The notes beneath the pieces are model-generated. The model had not been told where the DNA came from. It made no database searches and saw only the letters and a list, made by a program, of their open reading frames with translations. The position numbers and the translations under genes are program-made. From positions 289,835 through 313,834 of the forward strand of contig NZ_JBGORS010000001.1 of assembly GCF_041537385.1 (NCBI RefSeq): a stretch of 24,000 bases of DNA, written 5' to 3'. This DNA is from Collinsella aerofaciens (lineage in GTDB: Bacteria; Actinomycetota; Coriobacteriia; Coriobacteriales; Coriobacteriaceae). Below, in pieces: positions 1-7,928 of this stretch. Each line of letters begins with the position of its first letter. Within the stretch, counting starts at the first letter, position 1.

Positions 1-41
1 CCGAGATGAGAGTTTCGGGGCTAGAGTGCTTGGCAACCTAG

Positions 42-1667
42 TTAGAAGAGTAGCCATTCTCCATAAACATCGGTTGAGCGGACACAATCCCTTAAAGGAA
101 GGAAAGAGCCAAGTTTTCCATGCTCAGTTGCAGTATGTACTATGCCGACGACCTGGCCCAAATCATTAAACACTGGCCCACCACTCATTCCATGACGAAA
201 TGAGCAATTCGTATAACAAAGTGTGCCTTCTTCGCTTGGATCTCCGACCCTGAGCAAATCTCCGCTGTGTAGCTCAAAGCTGAATCTAGATTCGGAAAAA
301 TGGTGTTGGTAAGCAGAAATCCTGTCGCCCTTGGCAAGCAAATCCATATTTGATGGAAGCCGGGGAATGTTTTTTAAGATCGCAGGGGGAACATCTTGTA
401 GTATTACAGCATCGTGTTTGTTGTCCTGAACTACCTCATTCCCAAATCTAAATATTGCAAGTGGCGTCTTATCTGAGCTGAATAATTTAATATCCCTGCT
501 TTTTTTATCGCGGGAAACGGCATCGCATATCACATGCCATGCCGTAACAAGACCGTAGCCAGCCAGATAAAACCCAAGCCCTTCAAATGAGTTTTGGTTG
601 CCATCCTCTCCTTCTAGATACAGAAGCGAGTCTTGCTGAAGTGCGACTGGGAAAACAGGTGTGTCTTCTGGTTTCGTTTTATTGTACAGGCTGCCTAAAC
701 GCATAAGTGGACCCGATGTCCAGGGATCCTCAATAAGAGATTTGTAAAAATCAAGACTTCCGCGTAGAGACGCTTCAAACGACCCTCTTTCTGCATCGGT
801 AAGCTTGGCAATGGTTTTACCGTAATAGCAGCCCATCGCGCCTTCAATGTCGCCATTGCTAAGTCGATGGAGCGTTGAGCGGAGTCGCCGATATTGCTCG
901 CGTTTTATATTTGTCTTTTGATTGCAGACAACGCCCGTGACCAGTTGTCTTGAAAAACTGCAACTGTAAAACGATTTATCCTCGTTGAGCTCAAACGATT
1001 CGGTTCCATGAAAGTTAGTGATTGCGTTTCGTAGCTTATTGGGCAACCTGAGCTTTCCACCTGAATAAAAATTTCGATAAAAGAAGTAAGAACTTTTAAA
1101 TGAGAACGTAAGATCATCGGCATATCGAGAGTATTGGTATCGATATTCTCGCGATAGGTGCATTAGCTGTTTATCCATACCGAGGCAAATCATGTTCGAA
1201 ATAATAGGAGATGAGGGAGCGCCTTGAGGGAGTCCTTTCGGTGTCGCAACAATCCTTGAAATACAGAATGCAACTTCAGGGGTTAGACCTAACTTCTTGG
1301 AAACAAGAAGCCCGTACACTCGTCTTGACGAGATAGAAGGAAAGAAGTCCTTAATATCCAGGCCAACAATTACTTGCGAGCCAATGTGATTTTCAGCATT
1401 TGTTTTTATTGACCGTCCTTTGACAAAACCATGGACACAAGGCAATGGCTTATAGCCTTTTTCAAGCTCAGAGGCGATGAGTCTTTGAGCCCTTTTTAAA
1501 TCAGATCTTGGGATTAATAGTTCTCGATAGCCACCGTTTCTTTTTGGGACCAATCTATTTCTATATAGGTCATACATGGAAGTTGGATATACAAAGAGAT
1601 CAAGCTTTTCCAAGGACAGGCCAAGAAAACCAGCCAGATCGCCTTTCGACTGAAGTTCGTTGAGCAT
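42..1667 (-). CDS. Retron-type reverse transcriptase with C-terminal trypsin-like serine peptidase domain (likely start ATG at 1667; the longer ORF to 1754 overlaps the candidate ncRNA)
   Basis: RT core with IKDFFPSI, GLPQGAPSSP and YSRYADDLTF (YADD). Retron hallmarks NAENH (NAxxH) and VTG (RQLVTGVV). C-terminal half has AWHVI (His), KHDAVIL (Asp) and FRHGMSGGPVFNDLGQVVGIVH (Ser). AAGG-like RBS precedes ATG 1667. Confidence 0.9.
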   Translation of the reverse strand: MLNELQSKGDLAGFLGLSLEKLDLFVYPTSMYDLYRNRLVPKRNGGYRELLIPRSDLKRAQRLIASELEKGYKPLPCVHGFVKGRSIKTNAENHIGSQVIVGLDIKDFFPSISSRRVYGLLVSKKLGLTPEVAFCISRIVATPKGLPQGAPSSPIISNMICLGMDKQLMHLSREYRYQYSRYADDLTFSFKSSYFFYRNFYSGGKLRLPNKLRNAITNFHGTESFELNEDKSFYSCSFSRQLVTGVVCNQKTNIKREQYRRLRSTLHRLSNGDIEGAMGCYYGKTIAKLTDAERGSFEASLRGSLDFYKSLIEDPWTSGPLMRLGSLYNKTKPEDTPVFPVALQQDSLLYLEGEDGNQNSFEGLGFYLAGYGLVTAWHVICDAVSRDKKSRDIKLFSSDKTPLAIFRFGNEVVQDNKHDAVILQDVPPAILKNIPRLPSNMDLLAKGDRISAYQHHFSESRFSFELHSGDLLRVGDPSEEGTLCYTNCSFRHGMSGGPVFNDLGQVVGIVHTATEHGKLGSFLPLRDCVRSTDVYGEWLLF

Positions 1668-1686
1668 CAGATTATCCTTAAAGTTA

Positions 1687-1697
1687 ATAGCCGGTTC
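1687..1697 (-). repeat. Inverted-repeat arm (a2-like)
   Basis: ATAGCCGGTTC on +, exact reverse complement of 1784-1794. Confidence 0.85.
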
Positions 1698-1783
1698 CTC
1701 CGTAGAGTCGTACCTGATAGACACGTAGCAGAATATAATGTGCAAACAAAGCACTTCCGATTGCGATGCGCAAACGCTAATTC

Positions 1784-1794
1784 GAACCGGCTAT
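1784..1794 (-). repeat. Inverted-repeat arm (a1-like)
   Basis: GAACCGGCTAT on +, exact reverse complement of 1687-1697. Confidence 0.85.
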
Positions 1795-1813
1795 AGGGTC
1801 ATTTTACCAGTCT

Positions 1814-1984
1814 TTAATTTTGCGCAAAGGCTGAACCGCGCTTTATAACTCCGCGATGGAGCAAGTATGATGTTGGCGCGCCTTCCACGGTGTCGTCTGT
1901 GCAATGAGCCCCTTCGTGTCCTTTCAGGTAGAAACAGTAGCCTCCAGATTCCATCGATACTGCAATCTGAGTTTCCGTGCTCAC
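1814..1984 (-). CDS. Small hypothetical protein (~56 aa from GTG 1984; 63 aa from ATG 2005) with C...GHEGAHC motif
   Basis: VSTETQIAVSMESGGYCFYLKGHEGAHCTDDTVEGAPTSYLLHRG... A GAGG sequence precedes the GTG with 7-nt spacing. The motif resembles the CxL..GHxGxH pattern of small actinobacterial proteins. Confidence 0.5.
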   Translation of the reverse strand: MSTETQIAVSMESGGYCFYLKGHEGAHCTDDTVEGAPTSYLLHRGVIKRGSAFAQN

Positions 1985-2262
1985 GTGTTTGCCTCGGATT
2001 TCCATTCAGAATAGGCATTCAGACGATGTCTTCCTTGAAGATGATTATGAATGGAGAGAAGAAATCTTTCTTGTTTGTCATAGGGCGCTATCAATGTCGC
2101 GAATTGAACTTATAGCCGACATGTGCACCGAAAATGCTGAGAGATGATCTTCTTGGTGATGCGACGGCATGCTGCCAGTTGTAAGGTCATCGATTAGCGA
2201 TAATCGGTGATTAGCAAATAGATGAGAAATCGATCACCGCACACTTCTGAAAAATTGGCACC

Positions 2263-3408
2263 TCAGCAGCGATATGCGGCACCAAAAAGTGCCAATCCCA
2301 GCAGGAATAACGATAAAGAGGCGGCGATCCAGTTGTTGTCGCCGGCCTTGGGGAGCGTCGCGGTGGTCTCAGTGGCAGTCTTGGGCCTAGAGGACGTGGA
2401 TATAGTGGTCTTGTTTACCGTCGTCTTGGACGTCGTTGATGTCTTGGTTGGCGCGGCCGCGGGTTTCTGCGCGGGATTTGCCGTGGACCCTGTGGTGGGC
2501 TCTCCGACAGCGGGGTTAGCATCGGCGGGAGATTTGTCCGCGCTATCGCCCGGTACCTCGCCCCAGTCCGTCTCTCCCGCCGGAGGCGTGGCTACATCGG
2601 GCTCAACCACCACATGCGGTGCCACCGCACCGGAGGCGTCCACCACGCCACAAGCACCAAAGGTCCCGCCGGCAGGCGTCACAAACCGCGCGGACACAAG
2701 CGACCCGCCCAGGCACGCAACCCCGCCATCGGCACCGATCGCATCAAGCCACGAGGCATCGACGGAAAGACGACAGCCGGCCGCACCATCGCCAAGGCCC
2801 GCATCTTGCAGATACACGCCGTAGGCGCGCACGCCCGCTCCGGACCCTGTGCCCGCGGCAACGACGCGCCCGCCGCCGCGCACGGCCATGTCGCCGGCGA
2901 TCACGCCGGCAACCGCCTCGTCCGTAATATCGGCCCCGTCCGCCCGCGCATCGACGGTGCATCCGTCCACCACGAGCGCCTGCGAAGCGTGGATCCCGCA
3001 CTGCGAGCCCGTCGCCGTCAGGGTCCCGGTACCGCGAAGCGTCAGGTTGCCCCACACCTCCATGCCGCACAGTGTGATGTCCGCATCGGGCGCATGCGAC
3101 TCCGCCACGGAGTTTTGCCCGGCAAGCGTCAGCACCAGGTCGCCCTCGGCGCCGACGGCCTCGCCCGCGTAGCCGTTAAGCTCCAGGTGGTCGGCATCGG
3201 TCCAGGCCCAGCCAGGGCCCGACACGCCCGGCTCGTAGTACGTCGCGCCCGCGATGATGAGGCTCTCCGCTCCCGCGGCATAAGAAGGCCCGCCCAGCAA
3301 AACGCATAGGCAGGCTATGGCAACAATCGCAATGTAATAACGGCTGGTGTGGGACTTGGCAGCAAACATACCCGCTCCGATCTTCGCTGGAGCCAATAGA
3401 ATGTGCAC
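2263..3408 (-). CDS. Sortase-anchored surface protein with beta-helix/carbohydrate-binding-like repeats and LPKAG motif
   Basis: N-terminal signal-like hydrophobic segment; repetitive ITL..NLTLRGTGTLTATG..GI segment; Thr/Pro/Ala-rich stalk; C-terminal LPKAGD, hydrophobic TM and basic tail. Confidence 0.8.
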   Translation of the reverse strand: MHILLAPAKIGAGMFAAKSHTSRYYIAIVAIACLCVLLGGPSYAAGAESLIIAGATYYEPGVSGPGWAWTDADHLELNGYAGEAVGAEGDLVLTLAGQNSVAESHAPDADITLCGMEVWGNLTLRGTGTLTATGSQCGIHASQALVVDGCTVDARADGADITDEAVAGVIAGDMAVRGGGRVVAAGTGSGAGVRAYGVYLQDAGLGDGAAGCRLSVDASWLDAIGADGGVACLGGSLVSARFVTPAGGTFGACGVVDASGAVAPHVVVEPDVATPPAGETDWGEVPGDSADKSPADANPAVGEPTTGSTANPAQKPAAAPTKTSTTSKTTVNKTTISTSSRPKTATETTATLPKAGDNNWIAASLSLFLLGLALFGAAYRC

Positions 3409-3587
3409 CAGAAAATGCCCTGGTAGCAGCAGTTATTAGTTTAGTGAGATCGGACGAGTGGCAAACGAATTACCTGTAAACGAACCCGGAAATTAGGCGT
3501 AAATCGTTTTGCCAGTCGGTGAAAGGAGGGGCCGAGCCCGGCATGGGGTCGCAGGCTACCAAGGGTACAGCGCCAACCAACGACGCA

Positions 3588-3956
3588 TTAGCTCTGACGC
3601 TCCTTAAAGATTCGCAAAGCTTTCTCTAGCTCGGGAATATCATCGACGATTACTTTCCAAGCAAGGGACCGATCAACCTCTCGATAACCGTGCGCTACGA
3701 AGTTGCGAAAACCCCTAATATCATTCCAGGGATACTCTGGGAAAGCCGATTGGACCTCATCAGAAAGATGGAGCGCATCCTCAGCGATTCTGTAAACGGG
3801 GCTCATGATCGCGTCGTAGGCAAGTTCGCCTTCCTCGCTCCTATCGCAAACAAAGGAACTCTCCGTGGAGCCAAAATGGTCGATACGTTTAGTCAGCGTC
3901 TCGCAATCAGACAGAATGACATTGATGAGTTCAGCATCTCGTTTATGCCGCTTCAT
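3588..3956 (-). CDS. hepT: HepT-like HEPN domain toxin (DUF86 family)
   Basis: RNFVAHGY matches RX4HXY, the RNase motif plus the tyrosine AMPylated by MntA-type partners. Lies directly downstream of the nucleotidyltransferase ORF. Upstream ATGs at 3971 and 3980 are possible starts. Confidence 0.85.
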   Translation of the reverse strand: MKRHKRDAELINVILSDCETLTKRIDHFGSTESSFVCDRSEEGELAYDAIMSPVYRIAEDALHLSDEVQSAFPEYPWNDIRGFRNFVAHGYREVDRSLAWKVIVDDIPELEKALRIFKERQS

Positions 3957-4242
3957 AAAGACGCACCTCATCCTGTTCAATGTTTTTGCGGAAAGCCGGA
4001 CGCATGTGCTCGGGCGGGTTGGTCACAATCTCAACCTCTCGCCCGAGCTCCTTTTCGAGTTCAAGGGAGATTTCGTATAGCGTGCCAAACGTCATGCTGT
4101 CGCCGCAAACGAGGCGCAAATCGATATCACTATCTGGCGTCTGCTCACCGCGGGCAAAAGAGCCAAAAAGATATGCCTCGCGGACGTCGTAGCGAGACAG
4201 TACGCGAGAAACAGCGGCAGATATGTCGACAAAAGTAATCAT
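3943..4242 (-). CDS. mntA: MntA-like minimal nucleotidyltransferase antitoxin
   Basis: VREAYLFGSFARGEQTPDSDIDLRLV matches GSxARG...SDIDL; about 99 aa; overlaps the HEPN gene. Confidence 0.87.
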   Translation of the reverse strand: MITFVDISAAVSRVLSRYDVREAYLFGSFARGEQTPDSDIDLRLVCGDSMTFGTLYEISLELEKELGREVEIVTNPPEHMRPAFRKNIEQDEVRLYEAA

Positions 4243-4356
4243 GGCTCAATTTTACTTTTCGATTGTATGGAAGGCAATCGCCATGCGTGTGCTCCACGGC
4301 TCTTCAGTAAGGTAAGATTCAAAAACCCAGCGTGGATGCAGTTGTCGAGCTAAACC

Positions 4357-7300
4357 CTAGTCTCCTCTGGCGGTTTGCCAGTTGGGTGTTCGCGGAACGG
4401 GAATACTCTTATATGCGTACACGTCCTTTGCCATGTCGATTAGGTCCTCTTCAAGACCGCCAGCCTCTACTTTTGAATTAATATAAACAACGCATGATTG
4501 CTGAACTTTTTGAAGCAGCCTACTCCATTTTAGATGCATTAGAATGACTTTAACAATATCGACTTTACTCGCATTACAGCAGGTGATCACCGCATCGAGC
4601 TGCTTGTCGGTCAGGATGGTGCGATCCAGCTTCCATTCACATCTTTGTGCCATGAACGCAATGCAATTCGAGGCGATATCCTCATTTAGAGTCACCATTC
4701 TTTTAAGTAGAGGCGCTCCTTGCTCAAAGTTTGCCTCGGTATCAATCAAGTTGAATAGATCATCTTTTGCCCATTCATTCCAGGCTTTTACGATATCTGT
4801 TGGGTCGAGACTATTTAAGTAATGAATAATTGCGGAAACAGCCTCTGAGACTAGGGCTGGAGTGCGTCCAAAATGGGAAAGCAGTTTAGAGCGGCTTTCC
4901 TTCTCGTCAAAACGAATTGATGAGAATAGGCAGTACTTCCTAATGCGTTCATAAGGTTTGCTGAGCTCCTCACAAGGCGCTACTGCAAACTTAAGCCACA
5001 CTTCGCTAAGGGAGCGCCATGTTTGGCGATTCGCAATATTCAAATTGCTGAGTCCCCAAACACTTCCGATGTGCCCGGGAACATCGTTGTTTACCAACGC
5101 CGACTCCATATGCGACTTATAGAAGGGCATGTGATTCGTTGCCCAAAAATTTAGCTGCGAGAATAGCGCTGCAAATATAATGTTTGACGAGACTTCGTCG
5201 TTGCATGACGCCTCAATGAGCTGCTCAATTGAGGCGAGCAGCGAGGTGCTTTCGTCATTGAGTTCCAATTCATCGCATCTGGCCAGCAAGTAAATTTGAG
5301 CGTTGACGGCTTGCCCCAACGTACTATTGAGCGCCCTGGAAAACCAATCCACCTTTACGCTATTTGAAATTCCTTCGTGTGAGACGCATGTCAGTATTCT
5401 TTCGGGTGCGACCGAGCTGAGAGTAAGCTGGACGCATTCCGCGACATGAGCATTGTCAATTTTTCTGACTAAGTACTCAAGGGCGTGAATCGTTGCCGCG
5501 TAGGACTCATGATATGTTGCTGTTATGTTGAAAACAGGAAGTAGCTGTGCAAGTTCATCGGAATCTAATGATTCCCATGGAATGCTAAGCAGCATGAATT
5601 TAGCTGCGAGCATTTCAGGCTTGGATTCAATTCTGTTGGCTATGTCTGAAATGACTTTAATCACTGAGTCAGGGTGGGCGTTACAGCTGGCCCTAACTAT
5701 CTCGTCCGCTTCAAAGTCATCATGACCAACATCGCCTGCCCTTTCAAACAGCTGGATTACTTTTTCTGCCGTAAATTCCGATGCGGTCAATGGGATAATT
5801 TGCGGAAACCCGCAGGTAGTAAAGGACGATAAGTCCGGAAATTCGGTTAGCTTAAAGTTGGGATGGTCGACTGCGATCTGTTCAAGTTGTTGCTGCAATA
5901 GATCGTCCATTACATTGTTGTCCACAAGCCACTGATATAAGTTGAAACGCGCATACGAACAGTGGTGATCGTCCGCATATTTGGCGAATGTTAAATTAAC
6001 CCCCTCGATAAACTCTTTCTTAGCCAACTTGCTTGCTTTGGGGTACACCGTGAGGACAAGATGGTATATCTCAAATTTGGCGGCTGGATCTTTAAGAGCC
6101 CCGCACTTAACTGCGAGAGCTAAAGCCTGGTTAGCGTCTGATGGGCTCAGGCAATATAAATAGAGGCCCAAGCGTTTTATGAGACTGCACTTTGAATCTA
6201 TTAAAGCAAGCACCTTATTTGCCTCAAGTATATTTGTCAAGAAGAGTTTGCGACCAACCTCCCTTGCGCAATCGATCATTACGCAAAAAGTGCCCTCCTT
6301 AGGCATATCTTGCTCATGATCTTCAATTGCATGGCGAATAAAACTTGATGAGTCTATCCATTCACATAGATCGGTATAGCCAGCTTCAAGATTAGCAATG
6401 TCACTCAAACGATTACAGAGCAATGAAAGCAGCCGCACGCCAAGACGATCCGCCCAGGCAACGATTGCTTTGGTGACGGTTTCGACGTTATCGGAAAAAT
6501 TAAATCTAAAACGAGGGCAAAAACTGCCTTTGGTGCCGGCGAATCCTTTAACCCACTCCGCTTTGTAAGAGAGCATGATTTCAATTAATCTTAGCGCCAG
6601 ATCTGGACTTGCAATTTTGGACAATAGCTTTGGGAACGTGAACTCCATCCATATATCGTCTGTCTTATCGAGATTTAAAAATGAGAGCCAGAAGGAAATG
6701 CTGGCATCCGAAAAATCATGGGAATCGGCAATGTGCTCAAGCGACTGACAGACATATGTCGATGACAACATTCGACCTTTTCCCGAGACAATCTGATAGA
6801 CATCTACGTATTGATCGACTGAAAAAGATTCAACTGACCAATGGAGAAAGGTCCATTCCCAACCATCCAGTTTGTCTTTTGTTAAGAATGAATCGATCCC
6901 GCAATCAACGAGGCTCTTCAATGACTCAATACTATTGGCATTTGTACAAAAAGCGGTAGCAAGAGCATTTCTTTCTTCATCACCGTCTTCGGGATTGGTA
7001 AAGAAAGAGGCAAGGTTCTCGTATTCCATATAAGACAGCTGGGATGTTAATTCTGCATACGATGCAACAGCAGAGCGGCGTACGCTCAACGACTCATTAC
7101 TTAATTTTTCCCACCCCATAAATAGAGGTGCCAACTCGTTATAGTCATTAAAATGGACTGGGATGACACCAAGTGAACTCCACTCACTATCTCTACTTTC
7201 ACCTCGCTCAAGTGCGAAAATGCGCCCATTCATATCTGCCGAAATGGATCGAGTTAGATATTTGACCATCATATCGCTGCAGCTATAGCCAACAAATAGC

Positions 7301-7881
7301 ACGGTATACCGCGTGAACATATCAAGCAGAAAGCGCGATGCCCACGCGTTGGTGATATATGCCTTTCCAAAATCAACATCTGTTAAGACGGTCTGTTCTG
7401 GACACAATACGTTTCCGTGCAAATAGACGATCCCTTCAAAATCGTCACCCAGGGGTAATGCGGGGCCAATGTACGTCTGAGGTGAAATGCCTATTGATTC
7501 GGCGGCACCTTCAAACCTGCGGTCGAAGTTGGTTGTAACTACACGTACTTTTCTTTTGATGCCAAATAACTTTAATATGCCGACATGCAGGGCAGAATAC
7601 CCTTCAAGTCCTTTTCCAATGGCACGAGCACACGCTTGGTGTATATTCCCCATTTGATCTAAATGACCAAGCGCCGTTTCGCAAGGCTCTTCCAATAGCT
7701 CATTTATGTTTGTGGAACCCGGTCGAGCAACAACCTCGGCGATTTGTTTAACAAGTCCCCTAAAATCAGGAAGAGGGCAATCACCTTGCATTGAAACGCC
7801 GGATCCAGCAAATATTACAAGCTCGTGCTTCAGGAGCGCTTGATTTAACCCATCGGGTACTTGAATGTCATTAATGTACAT
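4357..7881 (-). CDS. Large SIR2-domain protein (1174 aa) with long alpha-helical C-terminal region
   Basis: N-terminus VIFAGSGVSMQ...LPDFRGLV, VVTTNFDRRFE, IVYLHGNVL, VLFVGYSCSD are SIR2-fold motifs with the HG catalytic histidine. Rest is long and helix-rich, as in sensor regions of anti-phage SIR2 proteins. Confidence 0.83.
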   Translation of the reverse strand: MYINDIQVPDGLNQALLKHELVIFAGSGVSMQGDCPLPDFRGLVKQIAEVVARPGSTNINELLEEPCETALGHLDQMGNIHQACARAIGKGLEGYSALHVGILKLFGIKRKVRVVTTNFDRRFEGAAESIGISPQTYIGPALPLGDDFEGIVYLHGNVLCPEQTVLTDVDFGKAYITNAWASRFLLDMFTRYTVLFVGYSCSDMMVKYLTRSISADMNGRIFALERGESRDSEWSSLGVIPVHFNDYNELAPLFMGWEKLSNESLSVRRSAVASYAELTSQLSYMEYENLASFFTNPEDGDEERNALATAFCTNANSIESLKSLVDCGIDSFLTKDKLDGWEWTFLHWSVESFSVDQYVDVYQIVSGKGRMLSSTYVCQSLEHIADSHDFSDASISFWLSFLNLDKTDDIWMEFTFPKLLSKIASPDLALRLIEIMLSYKAEWVKGFAGTKGSFCPRFRFNFSDNVETVTKAIVAWADRLGVRLLSLLCNRLSDIANLEAGYTDLCEWIDSSSFIRHAIEDHEQDMPKEGTFCVMIDCAREVGRKLFLTNILEANKVLALIDSKCSLIKRLGLYLYCLSPSDANQALALAVKCGALKDPAAKFEIYHLVLTVYPKASKLAKKEFIEGVNLTFAKYADDHHCSYARFNLYQWLVDNNVMDDLLQQQLEQIAVDHPNFKLTEFPDLSSFTTCGFPQIIPLTASEFTAEKVIQLFERAGDVGHDDFEADEIVRASCNAHPDSVIKVISDIANRIESKPEMLAAKFMLLSIPWESLDSDELAQLLPVFNITATYHESYAATIHALEYLVRKIDNAHVAECVQLTLSSVAPERILTCVSHEGISNSVKVDWFSRALNSTLGQAVNAQIYLLARCDELELNDESTSLLASIEQLIEASCNDEVSSNIIFAALFSQLNFWATNHMPFYKSHMESALVNNDVPGHIGSVWGLSNLNIANRQTWRSLSEVWLKFAVAPCEELSKPYERIRKYCLFSSIRFDEKESRSKLLSHFGRTPALVSEAVSAIIHYLNSLDPTDIVKAWNEWAKDDLFNLIDTEANFEQGAPLLKRMVTLNEDIASNCIAFMAQRCEWKLDRTILTDKQLDAVITCCNASKVDIVKVILMHLKWSRLLQKVQQSCVVYINSKVEAGGLEEDLIDMAKDVYAYKSIPVPRTPNWQTARGD

Positions 7882-7928
7882 GTCGTAACCTTACTTAAGC
7901 GCCAATGGAATAGATAAGCGACGGGCTT

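Larger units (their letters stand above)
1687..1794 (-). ncRNA. Candidate retron msr-msd region bounded by an 11-bp inverted repeat (a1/a2-like)
   Basis: Minus-strand RNA: ATAGCCGGTTC (1794-1784) then GAATTAGCG..., ending GAACCGGCTAT (1697-1687), about 20 nt before the RT start. A small hairpin TTGCG-CAT-CGCAA and a weak GTGC-N7-GCAC lie inside. The TTAGC after a1 resembles the branching-G context of known retrons. Confidence 0.5.

Noticed and set aside
1668-1754. N-terminal extension MLCLHIIFCYVSIRYDSTEEPAINFKDNL of the RT ORF
   Set aside because: Overlaps the inverted-repeat region, lacks homology-like features, and a better RBS precedes ATG 1667.
2222-3309. Long plus-strand ORFs (200 aa, 231 aa) antisense to the surface protein
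   Set aside because: Arg/Pro/Ala-rich translations typical of GC-rich antisense frames; the minus-strand frame has signal, LPKAG and TM features.
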